Assembly: GCA_964199315.1 (NCBI GenBank)
Contig: OZ116707.1
Span: 16,306,001-16,370,000 of the forward strand
Source of the DNA: Orbicella franksi
Lineage: Eukaryota
Direction of reading: 5' to 3'
Length of the DNA stretch: 64,000 nucleotides
Shown: one piece after another, positions 49,400 through 61,800 of the stretch
Layout of the letters: each line of letters begins with the position of its first letter
Position numbering within the stretch: position 1 is the stretch's first letter
Notes under the pieces: model-generated
Seen by the model: the letters and a program-made list of their open reading frames with translations, nothing else
What the model was told of the DNA's origin: nothing
Database searches by the model: none
Made by a program: the position numbers and the translations under genes

Positions 49400-50030
49400 G
49401 TCAGGTGGAGAGAAATTTAAAGTTCCTCTGCCATTTACTTTTCGAAAGAAAAAGGTCGCTAAGTTCCATGGTCTTCCACATTTTAAGTGGGATGACCTCG
49501 GCACACAAGATGTTATCCAACAAGGTTCATTTGGTGCCATATTAAGAACTAAATATTCCCAGAACGCTCGCAAATCAGTAGACATCGTAGTGAAGAAACT
49601 GCTCTCGTCCTCTGCGGGCTTTATTGAAGCTTTTGCCAGAGGCCACATTGTTGTCAGTTACGCCACGAAAACATCGTCCAGTTCAAAGCTGTTTGCCAGG
49701 ACCCCATGGCAATTATGCTAGAGTACGTGTATTTCGATATTGAAGTTTTCGGCGGTGAAGGAAAGCTAAGCTCATTAAACGAGTTAATGTACCTTATCGA
49801 CAGTCAAGACTGCAATGGAACAGAGGGCACATTTATGGATAAGATTGCCGCTGATGTTGCAGGAGGACTGCTCTACTTGCACAAAAATGGAATAGCGCAC
49901 AGGGACTTAAAATGTGTTGGTTAGCAATCACCACTATCGTGCGGAGACGGCTGGAAATAAGATAGCTTACGCGTGGAAACACGAGCCCGTGATATGTAAG
50001 CTCACTGATTTTGGGGAAACTGATTGCAAG
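49400..50030 (+). pseudogene. Intronless protein-kinase N-terminal/catalytic fragment inside the satellite-armed element
   Basis: IQQGSFGA, IVVKKL, IMLEYVYF, GLLYLHKNGIAHRDLK, ICKLTDFGE across frameshifts. Confidence 0.75.
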
Positions 50031-51503
50031 ATATCCAAACGAAATCTGTACTTCACTCCTGAACTAAGAATATAGATAGAACCTTTAGGGCTTAGAACAT
50101 GGGCACATATCATTGCCAGGTTTGTTAGTTTTGTTCTGTTGTTTTGGAGTGCTTGACGAAATCCTGCTTTCTGGTTTAATTTACGATAAAGGCAGATATT
50201 GTTCAGTCGCCATCAATTTGTAGGAGCTGGGAAAATGCTAAGAAAACACTAAGAATATACTGTTATGAAAATTTGTTATTTGCTTTTGTGGTTTAGAATC
50301 AATTAAATTATCGTTTTGTCTACAGGAAAAAAAAGCACGAGAGTAATATCAGGAGTGAGGAGTGTAAAAAAATTACAGATTGCCCCTTTTAGAGATTCCC
50401 CCTTTTAGAGATTCCCTCTTTTAGAGATTCCCCCTTTTAGAGATTCCCCCTTTCAGAGATTCCCCCTTTCAGAGATCCCCCCTTTTAGAGCTTCCCCCTT
50501 TTAGACCTTCCCCCTTTTAGAGCTTCCCCCTTTTAGAGCTTCCCCCTTTTAGAGCTTCCCCTTTTAGAGATTCCCCATTTTAGAGATTCCCCCTTTTAGA
50601 GATTCCCCTTTTAGAGATTCCCCGTTCCCCATTCCCCTTTCCTCCATTCCTCGTTCCCCATTTTAGAGATAGCCAAAAAAAATTCAATCCTGATATAAAA
50701 TCCTACACCAATGTAAATTTGCATATCAACTATTTGTCATTCTCTCTCAGGCTTTTCCAGGCATTTTAAAACAAATGTAAAAATTTTGCCTTCGTTTTAT
50801 TAAATGTTCGAAGTGTCTAAATGAAGTTGACCTTTCTCAAGCTCAACGTTCATGTAAAGAGCTATGTTCTTATCAGAAAAAAGAGTGTACTGACAAGGAA
50901 CCCTCTCCTTAGTTCATGTTCTACCATTTATCTGCGGAAAATATATTTTTGTGTCGGTTTTTTGTTTATGCAGTTTATATCTCAACTTTTGCATCCCTTT
51001 TCCTTTCTCTAGTAGATGACGCATGGATGTTTTCGTCATCTTCGAGCTCTGAAGACGAGGGCACAGAATCTCCAATTCTTGGTATGTATATCTTAAATAC
51101 CATGAAGAGTGGTGTGAAACATGAATATTTTTGCTTGAATCCTAATTTGCGAACCTTTTTCAGACTTTTGCAATCATCCTGTGCTTGGATTGTCAACAGT
51201 CTCGGCAACTCTATGAAGAAACAGCATTCATTCAGTTGCCGTAACTGTTGACAATCTTTTCGCTGTCCCTTTGGAGGGTGTTTTTTAAATAGAGTTGTTG
51301 GGAATACTGGGTGCAGATACTGGAAATCCGGGGTGGAGACGTAATAATTATTCCGTGAATGTTTTTCTGATAAGTTTTACAGATATTCAGTTCTACTTCG
51401 TCATTGGTCAATGTCGCTAAGGAGTCACGTGAGATATGCACGCAAAACCAGAGCGGTCACTTGCAAGCGAACTTTAGAGTAGTTGCACGTAGAAATATTT
51501 ATC

Positions 51504-52643
51504 ATGGCAAAAACAAACCATCCAGAAGATCCCGACGAAATACCGAAGGAAAATCCCACTGAGGAAGTCGAAGACGACCTTCTAGAGGATCCTGCACTCG
51601 ACAATAGCGACTCGTTATTGAGAGTATTCACTAATTTGGACCGAAACATGGATCACATGGCGGGTTCATTGTCCGCCATGGGCGAAGCTTTCGCTGCTTT
51701 GTCGAAGCAGCGCCCAGCGAAGCGAGATGCTCGCTCTGGGACTTTAGACCCTTTAAATGGGGAAACAAAGAAACCTAGAGTTGATGCCGGTGATGCTGTT
51801 GAAACTGGCGGTGAAAGCGATGATTCGGACGTTCAAAAGCTTCTTGCAACCAGCGCTGAGAACGACTCCGAAGGCGCCAAAACGTCGTCCGCCAAAACGC
51901 AGGACTCCTGCAACAATGAAGGCGAAGACGATCTTTTAAAGAAATTGGCCCTTGACTTCTCAAAAGATGACAAGGTGAGCAGCCCAACATCCAAGCAACT
52001 TGCAGATATTATCAATAAGAGATGGGCTTCGAAACTGAGTGAGAACAAGGTCAAAGAGACGGTCGAGAAATACGCTCGCCCTGAAAACTGCAAGAAGCTT
52101 GTTGCCCCCAAAGTGAACCCAGAGATTTGGGGAAAATTAACCCGTCATGGGAAAAAGCAGGACCTCAGATTGTCTGCTATTCAGAACATGATAGTGAAGG
52201 TTGGAGCCATTATTGCTCAATCAACCCAGAAGCTCATGGATTTTCGAGGCCAGGGCACGCAAGGTGGCAAGCTCGACACGGGCGCCTTAGTCACAGCACA
52301 AATTGATGCCATTGCCCTGTCGGGTCACACCAATTATGAGCTCTTGCTTCGTAGACGGGAAGCTATCAAACCCAACCTTAACAAGGAATACGGCTCGCTG
52401 TGTTCTTCACAAACGCCGGTTACAAACTTGTTGTTTGGCGACGAGCTTCAGTCGCAGCTTACTGCAATTCGAGCCTCAAACCGAATTAGTCACACGGCAG
52501 TGCACAATAGCACTAATAAATCTTTCACCAAACCTCCTTATCGCCAGAAACAGGACCAGCCTTTTTTAGGCAAGGGCCATTTCCAGTCCAGGTGGAAGCC
52601 CCAGAAAACCTGGAAGAAAAAGGAGGAAACCAGCAAGAAATAA
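51504..52643 (+). CDS. DIRS gag-like ORF1
   Basis: Long open frame in first position with RPENCKKLVAPKVNPEIW, RRREAIKPNLN and LLFGDEL, typical of DIRS1-type ORF1. Confidence 0.8.
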   Translation: MAKTNHPEDPDEIPKENPTEEVEDDLLEDPALDNSDSLLRVFTNLDRNMDHMAGSLSAMGEAFAALSKQRPAKRDARSGTLDPLNGETKKPRVDAGDAVETGGESDDSDVQKLLATSAENDSEGAKTSSAKTQDSCNNEGEDDLLKKLALDFSKDDKVSSPTSKQLADIINKRWASKLSENKVKETVEKYARPENCKKLVAPKVNPEIWGKLTRHGKKQDLRLSAIQNMIVKVGAIIAQSTQKLMDFRGQGTQGGKLDTGALVTAQIDAIALSGHTNYELLLRRREAIKPNLNKEYGSLCSSQTPVTNLLFGDELQSQLTAIRASNRISHTAVHNSTNKSFTKPPYRQKQDQPFLGKGHFQSRWKPQKTWKKKEETSKK

Positions 52644-54781
52644 ATACTGCCGATGACATCATGTCCAAGCTCCACATGTTACAGGTAACCCAATTTGAAG
52701 GCTTTATTCCTACACTCATAGCTTACCTTGTTGCCCAAACAAGTTGCTTCAAAAGTGGTAGGCTGGCACAATTTGTCCATTGTTGGCAAAGAATCACCTC
52801 AGACACTGAGATTCTTCAAATGGTGTCAGGACAATACATTGAATTTGACACTAAGCCTTGCCAAACACGCCCCCCTGCAGTGAAATGTTTTAGTGTAGAA
52901 GAAAATGCTATTATTTCCAAAGAGGTTGCAAGCTTGCTTCAGAAGGCAGTTGTTGTTGAAACCAGTCATGAACCAGGGGAGTTTATCTCTTCTGTTTTTG
53001 TGCGACCCAAAAAAGATGGCTCTCACCGAATGATCCTGAACCTTAAAAACCTGAATAAGCATGTGCAATACAACCACTTTAAAATGGATACCCTTCAAAG
53101 TGTAATAAGTCTTATTACCCCTAACTGCTATATGGCCTCTGTTGACCTCAAGGACGCATATTACTGCGTACCTATTGCGGTTTCAGACCAGAAGTACCTT
53201 AAGTTTGAATGGGGTGGCAAATTGTATCAGTTTACCTGTTTTCCTAATGGTTTAGCTTTCTGCCCAAGGAAGTTTACTAAACTAATGAAGCCAGCCTACT
53301 CTGTTTTGAGACAACTTGGGCATATAAACTCACCGTATATTGATGACTCGTACCTACAAGGTGGAAGTTATGAGGAATGCCTAGCTAATGTTCTAGACAC
53401 TGTGAAAATGTTCCTCTCATTGGGTTTCATTATTCACCCTCAAAAGTCAGTTTTTATCCCTTCACAAAACTTATTATTTTGGGGGTTTGTCTTGGACTCA
53501 GTCCAGATGAAAATTTATTTGACCAATGAAAAAGTCGACAAGCTCAAATCAATTTGTACCAAGCTTATCAAGGCCAAAGAAACCACTATACGGGAGGTTT
53601 CAAGGGCCCTTGGGTATATGGTATCTCGTTTCCCAGGTGTCATGTATGGCCCGCTCTATTTCCGTCAGTTAGAGAGGGAGAAAACTCTTGCTTTAAGATA
53701 TAGCAAGGGTGATTATGATGCTTGTATGGTAGTATCAGACAAAGCTGGTACAGAATTATTGTGGTGGAACACACACCTTGAAGCCAGTTACAATGTCATT
53801 AGTCATGGTGAGCCTACTGTTGTCATGTCAACTGATGTCTCATCCACTGGCTGGGGCTGCGCCCTAAACGATACCAGTACAGGTGGACATTGGACTGCAG
53901 AGGAAGCCAGAAACCACATAAACTATTTAGAGCTCCTAGCCATATACTTGGCTCTTAAATCTTTTTCACCTATCATTAATGGGCAGCATGTGAAGGTCAT
54001 GGTGGATAATATGACTGCCCTGTCTGATATTAACCATATGGGTACTAGTAGCTCTGAAAAAAGAAATGACCTAGCCAAAGAAATTTGGTTATGGTGTGCC
54101 CAAAGAAATATTTGGCTGACAGCTGTCCATATCCCTGGTGCAGAGAATGTGGAAGCTGATAGACAATCTAGACGGTCTCACTCACAACTTGAGTGGACAC
54201 TAGACAGAACTATTTTCAGGGACTGCATCAATGCAGCAAAGGTTGAGCCCAACATTGACTTATTTGCTTCCAGAATAAACCACCAGCTTCAGCCCTATGT
54301 ATCCTGGCATCCTGACCCAGGGGCTGTGGCAATTGATGCATTTCATTTATCATGGAAGCAATATGTGCCTTACATGTTCCCTCCATTTTCTCTTATCTCC
54401 AGAGTATTGCAGAAGTTCCAACAGGAGAAAGTTCAAGGAATTATCATTGTGCCAAAATGGCCAACCCAAACGTGGTGGCCTGTCTTGATGAGAATGCTGA
54501 TCGACAATCCAGTACTACTACCCAAAAGAAAGAAACTGCTGTTTCTTCCGAGCAGTCCAGAAAAGATTCACCCTCTGTATCCAAAACTGGAGCTGCTGAT
54601 GTGCCACTTGTCTGGAGATCCCTTGAAAGCCAAGGAATTTCGACAGCAGCTTCCAGAATCATTATGCAGTTCTGGAGACAGGGCACCACAACCCAGTACC
54701 AAACTTACTACAAGAAGTGGGAATCATTCTGCTGTCGACGGAAAATTAATCCCCTTCAGGCCACTTTACAGGATGGCATAA
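52592..54781 (+). CDS. DIRS RT - RNase H - Dam-like methyltransferase ORF
   Basis: RMILNLKNLN, SVDLKDAY, FTCFPNGL, PYIDD; STDVSSTGWG, HINYLELLA, VDNMTA, HIPGAENVEAD; DLFASRIN, YMFPPFSLI. The true start is uncertain. Confidence 0.88.
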   Translation: MEAPENLEEKGGNQQEINTADDIMSKLHMLQVTQFEGFIPTLIAYLVAQTSCFKSGRLAQFVHCWQRITSDTEILQMVSGQYIEFDTKPCQTRPPAVKCFSVEENAIISKEVASLLQKAVVVETSHEPGEFISSVFVRPKKDGSHRMILNLKNLNKHVQYNHFKMDTLQSVISLITPNCYMASVDLKDAYYCVPIAVSDQKYLKFEWGGKLYQFTCFPNGLAFCPRKFTKLMKPAYSVLRQLGHINSPYIDDSYLQGGSYEECLANVLDTVKMFLSLGFIIHPQKSVFIPSQNLLFWGFVLDSVQMKIYLTNEKVDKLKSICTKLIKAKETTIREVSRALGYMVSRFPGVMYGPLYFRQLEREKTLALRYSKGDYDACMVVSDKAGTELLWWNTHLEASYNVISHGEPTVVMSTDVSSTGWGCALNDTSTGGHWTAEEARNHINYLELLAIYLALKSFSPIINGQHVKVMVDNMTALSDINHMGTSSSEKRNDLAKEIWLWCAQRNIWLTAVHIPGAENVEADRQSRRSHSQLEWTLDRTIFRDCINAAKVEPNIDLFASRINHQLQPYVSWHPDPGAVAIDAFHLSWKQYVPYMFPPFSLISRVLQKFQQEKVQGIIIVPKWPTQTWWPVLMRMLIDNPVLLPKRKKLLFLPSSPEKIHPLYPKLELLMCHLSGDPLKAKEFRQQLPESLCSSGDRAPQPSTKLTTRSGNHSAVDGKLIPFRPLYRMA

Positions 54782-55579
54782 ATTTCCTTGGAGACCTCTT
54801 TGCTACTGGTGTGGGATACAGCTGTATTAACACTACACGTAGTGCCCTGTCCTCTATTATTGTGCTTCCTGGGAGTGTTCATTTTGGCAGCCATCCGCTT
54901 GTTACCAGGTTTGTGAAAGGCGTTTTCGAAAGTAGGCCTTCCCTCCCACAATACAAAGAAATATGGGATGTAAACTCTGTCCTAAAGGTACTTGCCACCT
55001 GGACTCTTGGAGTGGATTTAAGTCTGAGAGATCTGCCCTGGAAGCTTACCATGTTGCTTGCCCTCTTGTCTGGCCAGAGAGTACAGACGCTGAAGGCGCT
55101 TAATCTGACCTCAATGAATTTAACTGCAAACACATGTGTATTTACCATTGAAACACCACTGAAGACCACTTGGCCGGGCAAGCACCTAAGTCGAATTGAG
55201 TTTTTGGCATACGAGGCTGACCGGAACCTGTGTTGTACAACATTTGCATGCCTATATCGATAGAACATCTCACTTACGAGGAGAAACTGACCAGTTGCTG
55301 ATTGGCTATCAGAAGCCTCACAAGCCTGTGTCAACTGACACTATCACTCGCTGGATCAAGAATGTCATGGCCAAAGCAGGAATTGACACTAGTGTATATA
55401 AAGCACATAGCACAAGAGCAGCCGCCACATCAGCTGCAAAAGGGAAACAGGTCCCTATTGACACTATCTTGTCTGCGGCAGGTTGGAGTAGTGTGAGCAC
55501 CTTTGCTCAGTTTTATGATAAGCCTATCCAAGACACTGCCGCAAACTTCGGACATGAACTGCTGCATAGTCACCGTTAA
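54600..55579 (+). pseudogene. DIRS tyrosine recombinase, overlapping the RT ORF; single frameshift near 55230
   Basis: SAM-like N-terminus (TTTQYQTYYKKW, INTTRSALS), LALLSGQRVQTL, YKAHSTRAAATS, AAGWSSVSTFAQFY. Start approximate. Confidence 0.88.
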
Positions 55580-56089
55580 ATGCTTTTTACACAGCTGTTT
55601 CAACCAGAATTGTTTACCATATTGTTACTGTTACTGTAAGGTTACTTGAAGAGACATGACATTTTGATGTGGTGTGTACCTTGTTACAGCACCCTGTTGT
55701 CATCTATATTGCATTAAATAGATTGATGTTCATGGTTTTGCTCATGATCATGACGCTTTAAAGTCTCATGTGACTCCTTAGCGACATTGACCAATGACGA
55801 AGTAGAATTGTAAAATTAAACGAAACTTACCTAAGTTGAAGTTTGATTGAGATTCTACGAAGTCATTGGTCTGGAGCTAGGGAGTCAGGTGCCCTCCCAT
55901 CTGGGCTACCCACCCTACTGATTTACAACAGTCCTGATCATTCGCCTTTAAAGTGTGACCGCTCTGGTTTCGCGCGCATATCTCACCTGACTCCCTAGCT
56001 CCAGACCAATGACTTCGTAGAATCTCAATCAAACTTCAACTTAGGTAAGTTTTGTTTAATTTTACAATTAAAAGTTGTTTTTTATGTAC

Positions 56090-57190
56090 AGGCGCCAAGA
56101 GAAAGGTGGAAAGACCATCTGTCATTGACCGTCACTCAGCACTCTTCATCTGCCCACGATCGTAGAAATGATGCACAATATAGCCATGGCGTTACTCTTT
56201 CAGCCATTCGGAGTCATGTGCTAAGAGAAATCCCATCGCTGAAAGAAATTTCAGTCCACACAATACACTGTCTTCTTTTGCCGCCAAATAAGAATCGGAA
56301 GGCAGCTAAGCATTACCAAAGCTTAATAGATGCCAAGCGACCCCCTAAGAGAAATGATCTCACATGCAGAACACATCCCAATTTTCACTACACATCTGCT
56401 CAAGTGAATATAGTTGGAGAACTCGCAGAAATGTTTTCCAATGAAACAATTGCTATTTCTGCTGATGACAAACATAAGGTTAATGTAGGAACATTGGCTG
56501 TTAGCAGGCATTTTTCGATAAATAACATATTTGCAACAGACGACCAACCCAACTACCCCGATCATGATTCCGTATGCAAATGCAAAACTTGTTCCTGCCG
56601 GGTATTTGTTACTAAAATCAAGGAAACGGCGTTCTTGGAGTCATTCTTCACCTTGAACAAAACAGTGGGTCCACACAAAAAGCAAATATCGCTCCAGTTC
56701 AGCACCGCCAAATCACTTTTCACGTGAGCGTAATTTAAGGGGCAAAATGTTTACAGATGCACTGGGCAGAGACCGAATAAGATGGCCAAGATCGGGAGCA
56801 CTCAACGTTTGTCTACATCCGTGCATGTTCCATAACAGCACAAGCACCATGCATGTCAATAACTTAAAAAAAAATTTTGCAACCCACTGTCCTGGGGGAA
56901 AACAAAAAAGCTGTCATCACAATTTGCCATGGGGGCCCAGATCTACTGAATTTTGGTTGGCTGTGGTGAGATTTGAACCTCGACATTTTAATCCTCACTT
57001 CATATGCCCCAGGACACAGCCGTCTCAATCCCATAGAACGCAGTTGGGCCCCTCTATCTAAGTGGTTCACTGGCGTAACACTCCCAATTGCCTCAGAGGG
57101 GAAAGCCTCTCCCTGAGTGGAATTTTCGGGTTTAAGTGAAGATGAAATTCTCAAAAGGAAAGCAGAGGTCTTAAATGAGGCATGCTCCAT
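56090..57190 (+). pseudogene. Zator/TP36-like DDE transposase remnant
   Basis: ISADDKHKVNVG, NYPDHD, RSGALNV..FHNSTS..HVNNL, GGPD, YAPGHSRLNPIERSWAPLS parallel the Zator DDK, PDHD, DGGPD and NxVERxxAPLS motifs as I recall them. Confidence 0.55.
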
Positions 57191-58866
57191 TTGCAAGTTG
57201 GCGTCTTCTGTCCATTAGCAGTGCTGGGCAGGATCACCTTTGTCGCTTTTGTGTCTACAGTACTAGTTGTCACGCTTACACTAGAATGGCTACTACTAGT
57301 ATTACTATTATATCCAAGTGGAGATATTCCTTTCCTTTTTGCTCTTTCATTAAGAAGACGAGAAATACCGCTGAGGCGATCTAAAATCGCCTGTTGGTTC
57401 GCTAGTATATTCTCTTGATGCATTTCTATTTGCATGTCACTTTTCCTTACAAAGTTATCCAGCATGTCTGATTCGTGATCAAAGATTTCTACCTCTTGTA
57501 AGTTATCTAAACTACTGACGGAATCAGTTCCCTCAAAATGATCATTATTGTGCACACTAGTACAACTTATGTCGTCCGGGATCATCTGGGTAGGGCAGGG
57601 GATATCCTTAATTTCTATGGAATTATCTGAGTAACCTTTCTGTAATGCTTCAACCGGATTTATTTGATCCATACAACCAGGGTCACCAACGGGCTCAGGA
57701 TCACTGGGGGTGTCAGTATCCCTTTGGTCCTCTTTGGACACTACCTTTGAGAAGAAAAGGAGGAATTTCCAGCTTCATTACATACATGTAAATACAATCT
57801 TTAATAAGAATTTCTCAAGGGGCTTTTCAATTCTCATTTACAATAAAAGTAAAGTTGTATATATACCAATAAACATTAACATCTCGAGTCGATCAAGGTA
57901 AAATCAAATCAAATCAAAATCAACCACATAGTAATATCGCAACATGTTCTATTTGTAATCATTATGAATCACGTGAATGTCTCTACAATCTGAATGGAGT
58001 CAATAAATTGACATGCTTTTTAAGAAGAAAAAAACCCTTTATTACAAGAACGTAGGTTGAGGCTGAGATTAACTGACATTTTTAAGAACATACTAAGGAC
58101 ATACCCGGACTGAGGGCCCGTCATTTTAATAACATCCTAAGAATGTTTCCACATGTTTTCAGGTTCAAATCACCAAAGAAATAAGAAAGTTCAGCCTCAG
58201 CCCCAAATAAGAAAAAATGAGTGTACTGAGAAGAAGACTTTTGAATTACAGTAGCAGCAGCCTTCCACTATAACATCCTGACAATCACAATCGAACGGAT
58301 AATTACTGAAACTGGATGTGAACATGACTGTACTAACCGGTTCTGGGTCCTTTTTTATGCTCTGAAGAGGCGTCATCGTTGACAGTTTTTTGACTGCCTT
58401 CTTGTTTGGCTGCAGTTTCCTTTTTCTTGGTGCAGGCTCTTGCTCATGCTCCTGCTTATGGTCTGAGTCTGACTCTGGCTCTTCAAACAGGCTAGAATTC
58501 ACTGGATTGTTCAGGAATCTCACTTCGAGTGTGCGGAGTTCTGAGGTATTGTCTAGGATAATGAAAATAATGAAGGTTACCAAAATGAGTTACAGTAACC
58601 TTGCCAACTTTTTCCATTTTGTCAGCAAACAAGTATTCAACCAAGAAATGCACATTTACGTAAAAACCATACATAGCATTGACTCCGATAATTTCAGCCT
58701 CCAATGTTACACCTTCGTAGTTCAGCTCAACTTTGCTTCCCTTACTAACATTATCGCTGCTAATCACTTTGACGATTTTGTTCAGCGGAACAATACTGGT
58801 AGTGCGATCGGACTTAAAATAGAACAGTCCATTCTTGGGAACTTTAAGGGATGCACGTAAAGACAT
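57151..58866 (-). other. Possible multi-exon gene of unknown function convergent with the Zator-like transposase
   Basis: Three colinear minus-strand ORF segments (58866-58492, 58583-58197, 57741-57151) with protein-like composition and a coiled-coil-like stretch ILANQQAILDRLSGISRLL. Splicing not resolved. Confidence 0.3.
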
Positions 58867-61800
58867 TATGACTACTGTTGTCTAGGTTCAGTTACTGTGA
58901 TGAGGCTTTTATATTCTTCTACGGACCAAAATTCCGAAGTATTAATTAAACAACCAATGATTGAACATTGCATGATCGAAAGTACATCAAAACCCAGCCT
59001 GCTATCAGTAAAACTGGCCGCCTGAAACACTGAAACACACTTTTTTGGCTGTATAAACCAGCGACAACAATATAATATTAATTTTATTTGTCGTTTTTCG
59101 TGTATTAATTTTTAATTCTTCCCTTATAATTTGGGGATTCTCTACAAATCACCATTATTTTCTTTTCGTGTATATCTCTCGGTACATGTATGTCCGGTAT
59201 TTCTTTGTAGTTGTTTCGTGACTTAATGGCAGGACTGAACAACACGGAGATCGTGCATTTTTCGCGCTTAATTACTAAACCTGCAATTTTTTCGCACACT
59301 CTGACCAAAACTCAGCTTACAAGATGTTAATTTATATATCACATAGCACAATTCCTGTTTTATTTTCCCAACACGCACAAGGAACTAGTGTCAGCTAGGC
59401 ATATGAACGCTCTTCCGAAGATTAAGAAATTGAATAACTAGGCAAAAAACTAATGGAAAATATTCACGGCTGAGTAGTTAACTAAGGTTGGAAATGAACT
59501 TTTTTTCAAACTTTGTTAAAATGGCTTGCATCAAAAGATAATTGACACTGTTTATGTTGTAAAAGACAACAAATGGCTACGGTTTAATACATATTCCTTC
59601 CGGCCAAGGTTTTCCAGTGTGAGAATTAAACAGTGGGTTGGGTTTGGAACAACGTGGGTTTCTGGTCAGGTTATATGTTCCGGTTAAATTGCAAATTATT
59701 TCTCAAGACAATTTTTCTACAGTAATGTTTTTAAACCAAAACTAGTGAGCAACACTCTGCAAACTGACGTTGTAAAACTTGTTTATTCTCCGACACGTTT
59801 CCTCTAACTATCGTAAACCTCTCTTCAGGGAGTTTTACAAACACACACTAAATGCCTGTATTTATAAAGACATACTAGCGGCTATTTCGATGGCCACATT
59901 GAGGGGAGGGGGGCAGGATTGGGCAATTACCAAAAAAAATTCTGCACAAGAAAAAGTGCCAAAAAAATATCGTGCAAAGCAAGTCACGCAAAAGAACATG
60001 GAACAAATCGAAAAAGGAAACTCTGCACGACCCGACACTGAAAAATAAAATTTCGTGTTCAGAAAAATTGTCTTTTGCGTTTGTCGTTACATTAAAATTA
60101 TCAGCCCTTCCGTAATAGTTGAAAAACATGTCAGATTGCGTGCCTTGTACTGATCAGTAACGTGATAATTGTAACTAACTTGCGTGTTGTTCTTCAATGG
60201 AACAACAAATTGCAGTTGTTTTTGCTGCTGTCTTCACAGAGCCCATGGCTCCTGGCTTGAGTTGTTGTACAACGTCACGAAAGTGAGAGTGTTGCGTGTT
60301 AATTTTCGAGAACTAAAAATACATAGTGAACAAAGAACCCGTGTAGTGGCTGATGAGAACTTAAGCGTCTAACATGAATACCGGCAAGAGACATCACGAT
60401 TCTTCCTCTGAAGAAAATATTTTACACCCAATTGACGAGGCTCTTGAAGCTTTAAAGCACCTAAAGAAAGGACTTGATAAGATGGAATCTGCTTTGTGCC
60501 TCTATGAGACGGAGTATGAGCCCATGGGAGATCCATACGACAATCGGGAACACCCGTTTAAACAACAGTTTGGAAATACCTACCAAAGTAAGTTAAAAAA
60601 AATTGTTCCTGAATTAGTAACTAGTTTTTTGAACTGCTTTGACAGGTGAAAACAACCTCATAGCGGCATAGGAATAACATGCAGGGGGCAAATATTGAAG
60701 GTCTTGCCAATAGCACAAAATACAGGACTAGATGAGAGTTGTTATAAGACGAAAACGAAAGTACCGGTGCATCGTGTGTGTTTTGGTGGACTCTTACATT
60801 CCTCTCTGGTTTTGCATGTTAAACAGCAGAAGTGTTACCTGCTACATGCACTTTTGGAGAATTCTAAACCCCGGTAACAAAAGGCATTAGTATTAAAGTC
60901 ATGGAACATGACTTGTTTCGGGTTTTTCAATCATTTCAATACCTCGCATTTACCATCAGATTTACCAGGACCTGAGCACTCTTAATAAAGCGTTATTTTT
61001 TCCCTAATTCTCAGGTTATCCATACATTCTTTGGAAGAGATGATCAGAAAAAATGATGTCCTGGATCATCGGTTCTTCAAGTAACACCGACTGCATGCAC
61101 GTTATGTCGCATTTTTGTTCTGGACGCAGTTAGAAAGATCAAATCTGTTTAGTTCCATTATTTTGTCTAACGATGCAATTTTATATGTATAAGCAAGTGT
61201 ATGCTGTATGACCGCTCCTAAACAAGAACAGCAAAAACCGACTCACAAGTCTACTGAATCTTGTTCTTTTTTTCTCGAATATTTATTGAACATATTCTTT
61301 CACTGAGCTGCTCTACCTGTAAAATTCGTAATAAAAGGGCTTTTATGACAAAATACATCTTTGTCATTTTTCCTGTGAAATAATTTTAAAATACATGTTG
61401 TAATACAGCCACAATATAGCCTCCTCTCATTGCTCCCTGCTGCATACCAAGAGCGCCCTTAAGCGGCCTGGGGCCCGTTTCTCAAAAGCCCCGGAAACTT
61501 TTTGGGTCCGTAAAGGCATAGCAAAATCTCAAGTCTCTCAGTACTCAAAGAAAATACATTTTATTTCAGAAAACTTTTTAACAAATAGCTACACATTAAG
61601 CTTAACTGAATTAAAGAAGTATGCAGCATGTTAATGCTAATGTTCGCATCACCTTATGAGAAAAAAAAATACATATAAAGATAAGCGTCGGCTTTATTAG
61701 CCTTGTAGCCATCAACAGTGTACCAAGATCGCATGACACTTTTTTTGGTCACGTACTTTGTTTGACTTTTTTTTGAAATGAATGAAAACAAGATGAATTT

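Larger units (their letters stand above)
45548..50674. mobile_element. Non-autonomous TIR element (MULE-like by TSD length) with inverted 16-bp satellite arms
   Basis: Termini GGCTATCTCTAAAATG and CATTTTAGAGATAGCC; flanking AAAAAAAATT duplicated (45538-45547, 50675-50684); about 23 copies of GGGGGAATCTCTAAAA on the left and about 15 reverse-complement copies on the right. Confidence 0.75.
51391..56069 (+). mobile_element. DIRS1-like tyrosine-recombinase retrotransposon, apparently full length
   Basis: gag, RT/RNase H/methyltransferase-like and YR ORFs. Internal complementary region 55764-55891 pairs with the 5' end (51391-51434) and the 3' end (55984-56067). No TSD, only a shared TT at the junctions. 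Confidence 0.93.

Noticed and set aside
54352-55579. Phage or bacterial integrase acquired by horizontal transfer
   Set aside because: It overlaps the RT ORF and lies within DIRS termini, the standard DIRS arrangement.
60374-60649. 91 aa ORF as a small gene
   Set aside because: No recognisable motif, partner exons or element boundaries.
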